64,000 bases of DNA, from contig CAXXWQ010000004.1 of assembly GCA_963674945.2 (NCBI GenBank), forward strand, positions 3,072,001 through 3,136,000. The letters are read 5' to 3'. The translations under genes were made by a program, and so were the position numbers. This document shows positions 1-8,995 of the stretch, piece after piece. The stretch's first letter is position 1; each line of letters opens with the position of its first letter. This stretch comes from an uncultured Desulfosarcina sp. GTDB taxonomy: Bacteria; Desulfobacterota; Desulfobacteria; Desulfobacterales; Desulfosarcinaceae. Below the pieces are notes generated by a model, which worked only from the letters and a program-made list of their open reading frames with translations, searched no databases and had not been told where the DNA came from.

Positions 1-770
1 GGAAGCGAAGATATTTGATCGAAATCATGGGAAATGATCAGTTTTGCTCCTTTCTCAGCAATGAACTTTTCAATCACGTCCATGGACTTCAGCGTCTGCT
101 TTCGGTCATGATTAATGCGAGGTACCCTCCTGTGGGTTCTTTGTTCCGCAAAGTGATAAAGATCTCCCGAAATTACGACAGGCCCCATTTTTGGCAAATT
201 TACAAAAAGTACGCGATGACCGGGGGAATGCCCGGGGGCAGGGACAGTCAGGACCAGACCATCGCCAAATATGTCATATATGCCTGTCATTTTTATCGTG
301 TGACTCTCCGCGAGTCTATTGTAGTAATGAAAAAAAGGTGATTCTTTGGCATTGTCATTGAAAACGGATGAATATTCTGTCCCGTCTATGAGAAAGGTTG
401 CGTCGGCAAACAGGTTTGCGTTCCCGATATGGTCATAATGCATATGCGAAAAGGTTACGTACTCAATGTCCTTAGGTGTAATCTCAATTTCTTCGAGCAG
501 CGAAACCAAGGTTTTTTGTACACTAAAATTCAGGTCCCCGTTAAGTACATCTAAGCCGCCAGGCTCCTTTACCAGATCATCAGGGAGTCCGGTATCCCAA
601 AGCAGCCATCCTTTGGGATGCCGAATCAGAATGCAGGTTATGGAAAGCTTCTTCTTTCGATTTTTGTAGATGTCGGATTCTGCTTCCGCAAAAACCTCCA
701 GGTTGTTTGCCGTACATAGTCCGCCTTGAAGAATATACATTCTGCAGTTTGTATTTTCTGTTGTACTCAT
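1..770 (-). CDS. N-acyl homoserine lactonase / AiiA-AttM family metallo-beta-lactamase-fold hydrolase (3' end runs off the window)
   Basis: Not in the ORF track because there is no stop inside the window. Manual translation from ATG at 770: MSTTENTNCRMYILQGG...LIRHPKGWLLWDTG...SHMHYDHIGN (HxHxDH)...PGHSPGH...VISGDLYH...IISHD. Confidence 0.85.
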   Translation of the reverse strand, partial: MSTTENTNCRMYILQGGLCTANNLEVFAEAESDIYKNRKKKLSITCILIRHPKGWLLWDTGLPDDLVKEPGGLDVLNGDLNFSVQKTLVSLLEEIEITPKDIEYVTFSHMHYDHIGNANLFADATFLIDGTEYSSVFNDNAKESPFFHYYNRLAESHTIKMTGIYDIFGDGLVLTVPAPGHSPGHRVLFVNLPKMGPVVISGDLYHFAEQRTHRRVPRINHDRKQTLKSMDVIEKFIAEKGAKLIISHDFDQISSL

Positions 771-787
771 AAATCAATCCTAAGTCA

Positions 788-1570
788 TCATCTATCTTTA
801 AATTCAGGCTTTCTTTTTTCCATAAACGCGGCCACTCCTTCTGCTTTGTCTTCCGTCTCGCATAATTCTCCCCAAATTTCTCTTTCAAGCTTCATCGATT
901 CGTCAAAATCAAGCTTTACACCTTCAGTGATGACTTTAATCGTTGCCTTAACAACAACCCGACTTTTTGTTGCGATGGTTTTCGCCAATGACATGGCTGC
1001 GTCCATGACTTCGCCCCCGGGCACAATGCGATTCACGACGCCATATTCCGCTGCCTGTTTGGCGGAAATGAAGTCTCCGGAAAGAATTAATTCCATAGCC
1101 CTGGCTTTGCCCAATTGACGGGCCCCCCGTTGGGTGCCGCCATATCCCGGTATCACACCCAGCTTGATTTCCGGCTGTCCAAATTGTGCATTCTCGTCTG
1201 CCAGGCGCATATGGCAGGCCAATGCGAATTCCATTCCTCCTCCCAGGCAATACCCTTGAATTGCGGCAATGAAGGGCTTGTCCGCATTCTCAATCGTCTG
1301 GGTTATTTTCTGGCCCTTTGTCAGATAATTGATCGCGGCTTCTTTCTTGTTCAAATTGACAAATTCACTGATGTCGGCGCCCGCAATAAAAGCACGTTTG
1401 CCGGCACCGGTGAATACCACAACCCTTACGGATTCATCTGCCAGCGCTTCATTGACCGTCGCCTCTATATCATCGATCACAACTGTGCTTAACGCGTTTA
1501 CGGGCGGGTTGTCTACGGTCATCACGGCGACGCCGTCACTCACGGAATAGGTGCATTTTCGATCTGCCAT
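788..1570 (-). CDS. Enoyl-CoA hydratase/isomerase (crotonase family)
   Basis: AFIAGADI, GGGMEFA, QPEIKLG (both catalytic Glu). Start reassigned to MADRKC, which has an AGGAGG RBS. Confidence 0.9.
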   Translation of the reverse strand: MADRKCTYSVSDGVAVMTVDNPPVNALSTVVIDDIEATVNEALADESVRVVVFTGAGKRAFIAGADISEFVNLNKKEAAINYLTKGQKITQTIENADKPFIAAIQGYCLGGGMEFALACHMRLADENAQFGQPEIKLGVIPGYGGTQRGARQLGKARAMELILSGDFISAKQAAEYGVVNRIVPGGEVMDAAMSLAKTIATKSRVVVKATIKVITEGVKLDFDESMKLEREIWGELCETEDKAEGVAAFMEKRKPEFKDR

Positions 1571-1660
1571 CTGGTACCTCCTGATTCGGGTTATAACGTT
1601 GAAAAGATGATAACGTGGGTTGTTTTCAGAAACGTGAATTGCAAATCCCGATGAAATTAA

Positions 1661-1676
1661 TGCAAATTTCAAACCA
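1661..1676 (-). promoter_or_regulatory. sigma54 -24/-12 promoter for the crotonase-lactonase operon
   Basis: Minus strand TGGTTTGAAATTTGCA (GG-N10-GC), about 90 nt upstream of the start codon. Confidence 0.6.
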
Positions 1677-1863
1677 TGCATCGCAAGCGTGTCCGGTATG
1701 ATAGGAAATACACAGCGCTGTTTCCCGTATAAATGTCGGTTTGCAAGCAAATGGGCAATATTATCAAAGCTGATGTTAGAGACGGAAATGCAGACTGCTC
1801 CATCGGTATTGAAAATGCGAGGGCATGGCCACGCTTCAAAAAGATGCATACAAAACAATGGGT

Positions 1864-1879
1864 GATGCACAGACGCACC
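1864..1879. promoter_or_regulatory. Putative bEBP upstream activator site (GGTGC-N6-GCACC family)
   Basis: GATGC-acagac-GCACC. 1864-1881 is the exact reverse complement of 26652-26669. Confidence 0.65.
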
Positions 1880-2002
1880 ATAATTGTAAGCGGCACCCTG
1901 GCCTTGATGTCCATTGGTTTATTGCCGCCTGTAAATGCTTTTTAAATTCTAAATAGCTGATTGTGTGCACCGGATTATCACATTATTTTTTTTAAAATGC
2001 TG

Positions 2003-2016
2003 GTTGCATATGCAAC
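2003..2016. promoter_or_regulatory. Perfect 14-bp palindrome, putative operator
   Basis: GTTGCATATGCAAC, about 30 nt upstream of the sigma54 promoter at 2045. Confidence 0.35.
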
Positions 2017-2044
2017 ACATTGTAAATATAAATCATTCGGATAT

Positions 2045-2060
2045 AGGCATGTAATTTGCG
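2045..2060 (+). promoter_or_regulatory. sigma54 -24/-12 promoter for the qmoC-like/CoA-transferase operon
   Basis: AGGCATGTAATTTGCG (GG-N10-GC). Confidence 0.65.
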
Positions 2061-2319
2061 AAAAAAGAACTGTCGTCCATCCAGAAATGATAGGTTTGCA
2101 CGAAATCTGATTTGCGCGAAAAACATTATCCTTGCAATATCAGGCACATGTATTCAACGGCACTTGCTATGGGTGCTTGTGGAAGAATTTTTCGCGTACA
2201 TTCCGCCCTGATTCTCAACGGGAGATCTCGACCAAATTTTCTTCTTTCTGGACGGGCACAAGTTTGTGAATATACCTTTCGAAGCATAAGCGCAAACCTA
2301 ATTTACGGAGATTGTCCAG

Positions 2320-3492
2320 ATGACTGACCGCGTATTCATCGACCCGGATTTACAATTCATAGAAGGCATTATTCAAGGTGGTGGTGAAGATCTGAAAAAG
2401 TGCTTTCAATGCGCTACTTGTACAGTCGTATGCCCGCTTTCGCCGGATGGGGCCCCGTTTCCGCGCAAAGAAATGATCACCGCGCAATGGGGCATCAAGG
2501 ACAAGCTGTTACACAGTATGGATCCCTGGCTCTGTTTTCATTGCGGAGATTGCTCCGAGATGTGCCCCAGGGGAGCGAAACCTGGCGATGTAATGGCTGC
2601 GATTCGAAATATGATTATCGCAAATGTTTCCGTGCCGTCATTTATCGGAAAAGCGACACAATCACCAGTTGGTGCGCTGGCACTATTGCTGGTTCCCATT
2701 ATACTCTTGGCGGCCGTGATAGCTGGGATACATGGTGGAGACCTCAGTTTTTTCGGAAAGACGCCCATCGACTTTTCAAAGAATATGATACCTCAGCTCG
2801 CCATCGAGTTAATCTTCATTCCAACTGCCATGTTTGCAGTAGTTACAGCGATTTTGGGGGTTCGGAACTTGATTGGTGGATTTAAAAAGGAATACCCTCC
2901 AAATGGTAACGGAGTACCAATCGTTCCGTCGCTGGTCGGAGCAATGAAAGATGTTTTCTCACATGGCAAATTCAAAGAGTGTGGCCCGAATCAGGAACGA
3001 TACGTAGCACATCTTATGCTGTTTTATGCATTTATCGGATTGTTGCTGACGACACTCGGTGTGACCTTGATCTATTACATCAATTTGTTTTCTGTCCAAA
3101 AAGGATACGCCCCGCCGTTAACACCGACGCCGCTGCCTTTCCTTCACCCGATAAAAATATTGGGGAATCTCAGCGCATTGGCCGCACTTTCGGGAATCGG
3201 CGGGATCGTGGTCAGGCGACTTTTCAGTGACGTAATCGGCAAAACCGTCGCCTTTGACTGGATTTTTATCGGTGATGTTCTTTTGATAATTCTCACCGGT
3301 ATTCTCGCACAGGTTGCGCGTATGGCAGACATGCCAATCGCTTATTTCATCTATTTCAGCCATCTTGTCTTTGTATTTTTTCTGTTTGCATACGCCCCTC
3401 ATTCAAAATTCGGTCACATGTTTTACAGGACTGCGGCATTGGTTTACGCCCGATATTCGGGACGGGATAAAAGCTTGGGTGGTAAGATTTGA
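2320..3492 (+). CDS. qmoC: QmoC-like quinone-interacting membrane oxidoreductase subunit (HdrC-like 2x[4Fe-4S] domain plus heme-b membrane domain)
   Basis: CFQCATCTVVCP and CFHCGDCSEMCPRGA ferredoxin motifs, PFPRKEM..AQWG, multiple TM helices with His, C-terminal APHSKFGHMFYR. Confidence 0.85.
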   Translation: MTDRVFIDPDLQFIEGIIQGGGEDLKKCFQCATCTVVCPLSPDGAPFPRKEMITAQWGIKDKLLHSMDPWLCFHCGDCSEMCPRGAKPGDVMAAIRNMIIANVSVPSFIGKATQSPVGALALLLVPIILLAAVIAGIHGGDLSFFGKTPIDFSKNMIPQLAIELIFIPTAMFAVVTAILGVRNLIGGFKKEYPPNGNGVPIVPSLVGAMKDVFSHGKFKECGPNQERYVAHLMLFYAFIGLLLTTLGVTLIYYINLFSVQKGYAPPLTPTPLPFLHPIKILGNLSALAALSGIGGIVVRRLFSDVIGKTVAFDWIFIGDVLLIILTGILAQVARMADMPIAYFIYFSHLVFVFFLFAYAPHSKFGHMFYRTAALVYARYSGRDKSLGGKI

Positions 3493-3662
3493 CAATCAAA
3501 AAATGCAAACGGTAGGGTCTCTTGATCAATTTTTTTCCATATTACGATCGTTCGGCAATCTGATGTTGTACATTTTTGAATTTGGGTTGACAGATTATTT
3601 GGGTTTGGATAATTTTTAGTGACAATAATAACCTCTTATCATTTAAAGGAAAATTACAAATT

Positions 3663-4877
3663 ATGATGCCTTTGGAAGGAATACGGGTGTTGGATTTGAC
3701 GACATTGGGACCGGGTAATTTTACCACGATGTATATGGGGGATATGGGAGCGGAAGTCATCGTTATCGGCCCGCCGCCTAAAAGTAGTGCGCGTGTCAGT
3801 GCCAGTTCCTACGCCACAGGCAAAGACAGCGACACCTACCACTGGAGCATGGCGAATGCCATCAGAGTACTCGTCGAGTCTCTGAACCGCAACAAGAAAA
3901 GCCTCACGCTAAACCTGAAGGCAGAAGAAGGCCATGATATTTTCTGTGAACTGGCGAAACAGTCCGATGTTGTCGTAGACGGCTTCAGGCCTGGGGTGAC
4001 CAAGCGCCTGGGGATCGACTATGAATCTTTGAGCAAAATAAATCCGAAAATTATCTATGTCTCCATGTCGGGATATGGGACAGACGGCCCATACCGCGAC
4101 CTTCCCGGCCATGATATCAACTACTCGGCGCTCGGAGGGGGAATCGATATGGTTGGACAAAAAGATGGCCCACCGGCGATCCCGATGAACCTCTTTGCCG
4201 ACTGGGCGACTTCCATGAATGCGGTTATCGGTGTTTTAACCGCTCTTGCCGCAAGAGAAAAAACAGGTCGCGGACAGTTTGTCGAAACGGCCTTTCTGGA
4301 CACCGTGATAGGAATGCTCAATCCCTACCACTTCGACTATCTGAATTACGGAACGATCTATAAGCGCGGCGACAATTTTTACAATGGCGCAAATCCCTTC
4401 TACGATGTCTATGAGACCAAGGACGGTAAATACTTCACCATCGGCTGCAACGAACCTGGTTTTTGGGCAAACCTGTGCCGGGTACTGGGTAGAGAGGATT
4501 TGATCGAAGAACAATTCACACAAGGCGAAAAGAAACAGGAAATTATTACCTGGTTGAAAGAGACCTTTCTCACCAAGACAAGAGATGCGTGGTTCGAAGA
4601 GTTAAAAGACAAGAACGTCCCCATTGGAAAAGTATACAGCAGCGATGAGGTCTTCACCGACCCTCACGTCACCGCGCGCGACATGGTTCAGGAAATCGAC
4701 AACCCCAAAGGTGGCAAGATGAAATATATCAAGCTTCCGTTTAAGCTGTCCGACTCTCGCGGGAAAATCACCAGTCCGTCACCTGAAATCGGTCAGCATA
4801 CGGAAGATATTCTCACCAATATGCTCAATTTATCCAAAGAGAATATTGATAAGCTAAGGGAGAGTAATATTATTTGA
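3663..4877 (+). CDS. CaiB/BaiF family III CoA-transferase, alpha-methylacyl-CoA racemase-like
   Basis: PLEGIRVLDL, LNRNKKS, FRPGV, SGYG..GPY...PGHDINY (AMACR-type catalytic motif). Confidence 0.85.
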   Translation: MMPLEGIRVLDLTTLGPGNFTTMYMGDMGAEVIVIGPPPKSSARVSASSYATGKDSDTYHWSMANAIRVLVESLNRNKKSLTLNLKAEEGHDIFCELAKQSDVVVDGFRPGVTKRLGIDYESLSKINPKIIYVSMSGYGTDGPYRDLPGHDINYSALGGGIDMVGQKDGPPAIPMNLFADWATSMNAVIGVLTALAAREKTGRGQFVETAFLDTVIGMLNPYHFDYLNYGTIYKRGDNFYNGANPFYDVYETKDGKYFTIGCNEPGFWANLCRVLGREDLIEEQFTQGEKKQEIITWLKETFLTKTRDAWFEELKDKNVPIGKVYSSDEVFTDPHVTARDMVQEIDNPKGGKMKYIKLPFKLSDSRGKITSPSPEIGQHTEDILTNMLNLSKENIDKLRESNII

Positions 4878-4911
4878 TAAATACGAGTTTATAAGAAATA
4901 ATAAGAAATAA

Positions 4912-4948
4912 AAAAAATCGGGGACTTTCAAGAAGCCCCCGATTTTTT
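4912..4948. terminator. Bidirectional intrinsic terminator between convergent genes
   Basis: AAAAAATCGGGG...CCCCGATTTTTT. Confidence 0.75.
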
Positions 4949-4958
4949 ATGGCAAAAT

Positions 4959-6614
4959 CTATTGGAAACGTTTACGCAGTTCGCGCCTCATGATCTTCCC
5001 GCTCACGGTCTTGGGCAGTTCGGAGACAAACTCAATTTCCCTTGGATAAATATGCGCAGCATATGCGCTTTTGACTTGTTTTTGAATTTCTTCGGCCAGT
5101 GTGGGGGAAGGTTCAAAGCCGGCTTTCAGAACAACGAAAGCCATTACAATCTCGGTCCTGAGCGGATCCGGCTTTCCTACTGCCGCGACCTCTGCGACGG
5201 AGGGATGTTTCATTACCGCTGCTTCCACCTCGGCCGGACCGATTCGATAGCCGGAGCTCGAGATGACATCGTCATCTCTTCCGCGATAGAAGAAATATCC
5301 ATCCTCATCCACAGCCGCCATATCATTGGTGTTATACCACTTTTCTTTGACGAAGCAGTTCTGCCATTTTTCCGGTTCCCCCAGGTAACCGCTGGCAAGG
5401 AAAAAGTCGTTCTTCTCGACCATGATGATTCCGGTTTCTCCTTGTGGGACCTCATTGCCATCCTCGTCCATGACTTTAACATTGAACCCCGGTATTGGCC
5501 GGCCCATGGAACCCTGCTTGTCGAGCATGAAGGGGTAGTTGCCAAGAACCATCCCGATCTCGGTCAATCCATATTGGTCAGATATGCTGGCGCCAAATTT
5601 TTCTTTAAACCAACTGCTTACTTTGGGATCAAGATACTCACCGGCTGCAGTATAACGCCAGGTTTTCATCTTATCCTTATATTTATCCGCCAACTCATCG
5701 CCGGCGGCCATAACCATGCGGAAAAGGGTAGGCGCCGCGGCGAAGTTGGTAACCTCATATTTATCCATGAGTTGGTACCAATTCTCGGCATCCATCCGTC
5801 CACCGTAAATAAGCAGCGAACCCCCCCCGATCAAAACAGAGGTTCCGGTTGTGAACAAGGCATAAATCCAGCCCGGATCGGCAAACCCCCAAAACATGTC
5901 ATTTCCCTGGAGATTGAGGGAATACATGCAATAGGGGAGCATGAACATGGCACCCTTCTGGTTAATCATGGCGCCTTTCGGTTTTCCGGTGGTACCCGAC
6001 GTGTAGTGCACCAAAAGCAGATCTTCTGCTTTCATCTTTTCCGTATCAAATTGCCTTGAGCAGTTTGAAAGCTCCTTCCAGTAATCATAGTCTCCGTCTT
6101 GAAGCCCCTCACCATTCGGCCCTGGAACAACGACAATCTTTACACCCGGCAGACCTCCGGAAATCTTGTCTACCTTGGGTCTGTTATCCGCATCGGTGAT
6201 CAAAACCTTCACTTCGGATCTCTTTGCCCGATACTCCAAGGCTTCAGGCCCATAGGCGGTAAAAACAGGAACATCAATTGCTCCGGCTTTCCAGTTTCCA
6301 AGAAATGTGTTGTAGTTTTCGATGCTTCGCGGCAACATTCTGGCAACACTGTCACCCTTTTTGACTCCCAGCTTTCGAAGCATGTTAGCATGCTGAGACG
6401 TCAAATTTTTCATATCCCGAAAGGTGTATTTCTCTTCTTTGCCTTCTGCAGATATGTAAAATATGGCAACTTTCTTTGGATCATCGGCATGTCTATCGAT
6501 CGCCTCATGGGTGATGTTGAAATATCCGTTTTTCGGCCAATCGAGATATTCTTTCATGCATTGGTCCCAAGAGAAGTCTCGATATACTTTTTCATATTCA
6601 AGTGATGTGTTCAT
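4959..6614 (-). CDS. AMP-forming acyl-CoA synthetase (medium-chain/ACSM-like)
   Basis: YTSGTTGKPKG, YGLTE, GRDDD, PKTVSGKI. Start MNTSLEY chosen. Confidence 0.9.
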   Translation of the reverse strand: MNTSLEYEKVYRDFSWDQCMKEYLDWPKNGYFNITHEAIDRHADDPKKVAIFYISAEGKEEKYTFRDMKNLTSQHANMLRKLGVKKGDSVARMLPRSIENYNTFLGNWKAGAIDVPVFTAYGPEALEYRAKRSEVKVLITDADNRPKVDKISGGLPGVKIVVVPGPNGEGLQDGDYDYWKELSNCSRQFDTEKMKAEDLLLVHYTSGTTGKPKGAMINQKGAMFMLPYCMYSLNLQGNDMFWGFADPGWIYALFTTGTSVLIGGGSLLIYGGRMDAENWYQLMDKYEVTNFAAAPTLFRMVMAAGDELADKYKDKMKTWRYTAAGEYLDPKVSSWFKEKFGASISDQYGLTEIGMVLGNYPFMLDKQGSMGRPIPGFNVKVMDEDGNEVPQGETGIIMVEKNDFFLASGYLGEPEKWQNCFVKEKWYNTNDMAAVDEDGYFFYRGRDDDVISSSGYRIGPAEVEAAVMKHPSVAEVAAVGKPDPLRTEIVMAFVVLKAGFEPSPTLAEEIQKQVKSAYAAHIYPREIEFVSELPKTVSGKIMRRELRKRFQ

Positions 6615-6655
6615 GGCAACTACAATCCCCCTCTCCACAGATATTGATAATACAG

Positions 6656-6988
6656 TTATTCAGCAGTCGTCTCTCTGGCCCTTTTCTCCAAAAGAGCCTT
6701 TTTACAAACGGCCTCGGCAGGCTGGTAACTACCCGACCCGAAATCCCACCAGGTTTTCACATCCGTAAATCCCAGTTTTACCGCTTTGTTGATTACCGCC
6801 TCGGCGATAGAGGCATCTTCCGAGTAAGGTGTCAACTCGCTCCAAATACTGTCTCCCGATGCATCGATGAATCGTTCCGTATCCCCCATAACCTCATCCG
6901 AGACGACTTCATGGCCCATTACTTCTCTGGCCACCAATATATTCAATTCCCTTCCGGGTTCCATTTTCAGTATTCTATCTTGATCCAT
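6656..6988 (-). CDS. Small conserved protein, BC1872/phage ABA-sandwich-like, paralog 1 (110 aa)
   Basis: PGRELN..VA.EVMG...PYSED..AE.V...PAEAVCKKAL pattern. Start reassigned to MDQDR by alignment with the paralog. Confidence 0.6.
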   Translation of the reverse strand: MDQDRILKMEPGRELNILVAREVMGHEVVSDEVMGDTERFIDASGDSIWSELTPYSEDASIAEAVINKAVKLGFTDVKTWWDFGSGSYQPAEAVCKKALLEKRARETTAE

Positions 6989-7091
6989 TATGGTCTTTCT
7001 TCGAAGAGAAAAACCATGGTATACGTTTTCGGATTTACCCTGCCCGTTCATAGAAACGAAATCCTTTTTTGTAACTATTCTTGATATCCTA

Positions 7092-7424
7092 CTACGTATC
7101 CTTTTCGTTGGTCATTATCTCCAAAAGAGCCTTTTTACAAACGGCCTCGGCAGGCTGGTAACTACCCGATCCGAAATCCCACCAGGTTTTGACATCTTTG
7201 AATCCCAACTTTACCGCTTTATTGATTACCGCCTCGGCAGCGGCAACATCCTCGGAGTAGGGTGTCAACTCGCTCCAGATGCTGTCTCCTTCGCTATCGA
7301 GAAAGCGTTCCGTATCTCCCATTACTTCATCCACGGCAACCTCGTGGCCCATCACTTCTTTGGCCACCATGAGGTTCAACTCCCTTCCGGGTTTCATGTT
7401 GAGTATTTTGTCTTCGGCCATCAT
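7092..7424 (-). CDS. Small conserved protein, BC1872/phage ABA-sandwich-like, paralog 2 (110 aa)
   Basis: 84 of 101 aligned residues identical to paralog 1 (hand count). Start overlaps the upstream stop. Confidence 0.65.
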   Translation of the reverse strand: MMAEDKILNMKPGRELNLMVAKEVMGHEVAVDEVMGDTERFLDSEGDSIWSELTPYSEDVAAAEAVINKAVKLGFKDVKTWWDFGSGSYQPAEAVCKKALLEIMTNEKDT

Positions 7425-8056
7425 TACCTTCCTTCGGAGCGAGCCCGTATCGTATCGTTGGCATCCTCCAATGATTTAAAACCATATTGTTTCATAGAGG
7501 CCAGCATGATTATTTCCGAGCCATTCTTATTTTCCTTACGCAATTTTTGTACATGTGTCAAATAGTGTTTAAGTGTAAGGGTTGAATAGCTTTTTAACTC
7601 CCCCTTGAGATAAGTTTCCAGCGAGGTCACGCCAGGCATGTCTTCCTTGCTAAAAAGAGGTCTGCCTCTCGCTATGATATAAGGGTACTTTTTTGTCAGT
7701 TCTACTTCCCATTCCATGACGATGGGTACGATCTGTTCGATAATGGCAGTCGCCTCCGTATCGATCTTAGGTAAAAGAGGGGCGATGTTCGCATATTCGG
7801 CAGGTGATGTCGATTCCATCATATGGCCGTATTTTTCAGAAAGCAAATTTCTGCCCGCGTTTTCTGCCTCAATGAGATCTTGCTGATAGCTTGCGAGGGT
7901 TTCTTTGGACCAGCTCGACGCCTGGCTGGATCGCATAATGCGAAAGGTACTATAGTCGTCCTGGCAGGTGGCGCGTGCACCAACATTTTTAACCTCCTGG
8001 AACATCTTCCATTCCCGCTGGAGGATATCTTCTATCAATTCTTCTTTTTTTTCCAT
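7424..8056 (-). CDS. DUF4125 family protein
   Basis: EWKMFQEVKNVGARATCQDD..TF.IMR.SQ, GRNL..EKY..MM, TS.ETYL.GEL..YS. Confidence 0.8.
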   Translation of the reverse strand: MEKKEELIEDILQREWKMFQEVKNVGARATCQDDYSTFRIMRSSQASSWSKETLASYQQDLIEAENAGRNLLSEKYGHMMESTSPAEYANIAPLLPKIDTEATAIIEQIVPIVMEWEVELTKKYPYIIARGRPLFSKEDMPGVTSLETYLKGELKSYSTLTLKHYLTHVQKLRKENKNGSEIIMLASMKQYGFKSLEDANDTIRARSEGR

Positions 8057-8068
8057 GATATCTTCCTT

Positions 8069-8995
8069 TCAATTGATTATGGTAAAACGTTTCCCTAATG
8101 TTTCATCGCTAATGCGGCTATGAACACTATGGGCATGTTCCAGAAGGAAATCGGAGGAGGAGTCGCTCAATCCTTGATTCTTCAACTCTTTTATGAGAAC
8201 GGCACAGGCATTTTCGATGATATGCGGTTTCTCCTTCATATCGGTGGGCTGGATCAAATCGGCTATCAGCCCATGTGCCCATTCGCCCAAAAGCGATAAC
8301 TCTTTCACTCCACGGTGCAGCCACTTATAATATGGCGCATATTGTTTGTTGAGCAGGTAAATCAGGGATATGGTATCGGTACAAAACTGCGATAGCGAAG
8401 CAAAAGCAGAAAAAGTCTCCCCTCTTTTAAGCGAACGCGGCAGGTTGTACTGCCCGGATTGCGCAATGGTGGCACAACGGGAGGCGATCTTTTTGAGGCG
8501 CACATCCTCCGGGTAAAATGCCAGCAATTCTTTCCGCCAGCGCGTGAATTCGCCCATCGGATCAGAAAAAACGCGTCCGTTGGTGCACATGGCAAGGGAT
8601 GCGTCGGGAATTCTCATCCACTGGGCAATTTCACACGGAACATGGCGCAGCCCGGTATAGGTGGCATAAAAAAGCGCCGTGGGACAGGCCCCGACCCGGA
8701 AATCCTCGCCCGGGCTGGCGATGCGCGGGCCATACCCCTTGAAACGTTTGGGTAAGGATTCATAGGCCTTTTGAATCGATTTGCCATGATCGCGATAATC
8801 GTCGTACGTCAACCAGATGCAAAATGCCGGTCCCCAATCATGATCGCGTGAGAGTTCATCATCGAAGCCAAAACACTCCGAACCGGCACCGGCGAATCCC
8901 ACGGCCAAACGGTCCACCAGTTCGCCGAATCGATCCGCGAGCATCGGTTTACCAATCTGTTCATAGTATTCCTGCGCCAGTTCCAGACCTTTCAT
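8069..8995 (-). CDS. DUF4037 domain protein with Pol-beta-type nucleotidyltransferase signature
   Basis: MKGLELA..YY, VGFAGAGSECFGFDDELSRDHDWGP (GS...DxD), QSGQYN..R, YAPYYKW. Confidence 0.8.
   Translation of the reverse strand: MKGLELAQEYYEQIGKPMLADRFGELVDRLAVGFAGAGSECFGFDDELSRDHDWGPAFCIWLTYDDYRDHGKSIQKAYESLPKRFKGYGPRIASPGEDFRVGACPTALFYATYTGLRHVPCEIAQWMRIPDASLAMCTNGRVFSDPMGEFTRWRKELLAFYPEDVRLKKIASRCATIAQSGQYNLPRSLKRGETFSAFASLSQFCTDTISLIYLLNKQYAPYYKWLHRGVKELSLLGEWAHGLIADLIQPTDMKEKPHIIENACAVLIKELKNQGLSDSSSDFLLEHAHSVHSRISDETLGKRFTIIN

Noticed and set aside
15..888. Short track ORFs 15-341, 466-669 and 580-888
   Set aside because: Shadows or alternative frames of the lactonase gene at 1-770 on the minus strand.
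1571..1870. 100-aa N-terminal extension of the crotonase (similar extensions on recN, fur-feoA and the response regulator)
   Set aside because: The extension runs through promoter elements. Internal starts match the family N-termini.
6656..7424. Possible prophage remnant
   Set aside because: No integrase, structural or replication genes. Both ORFs are embedded in a metabolic operon.
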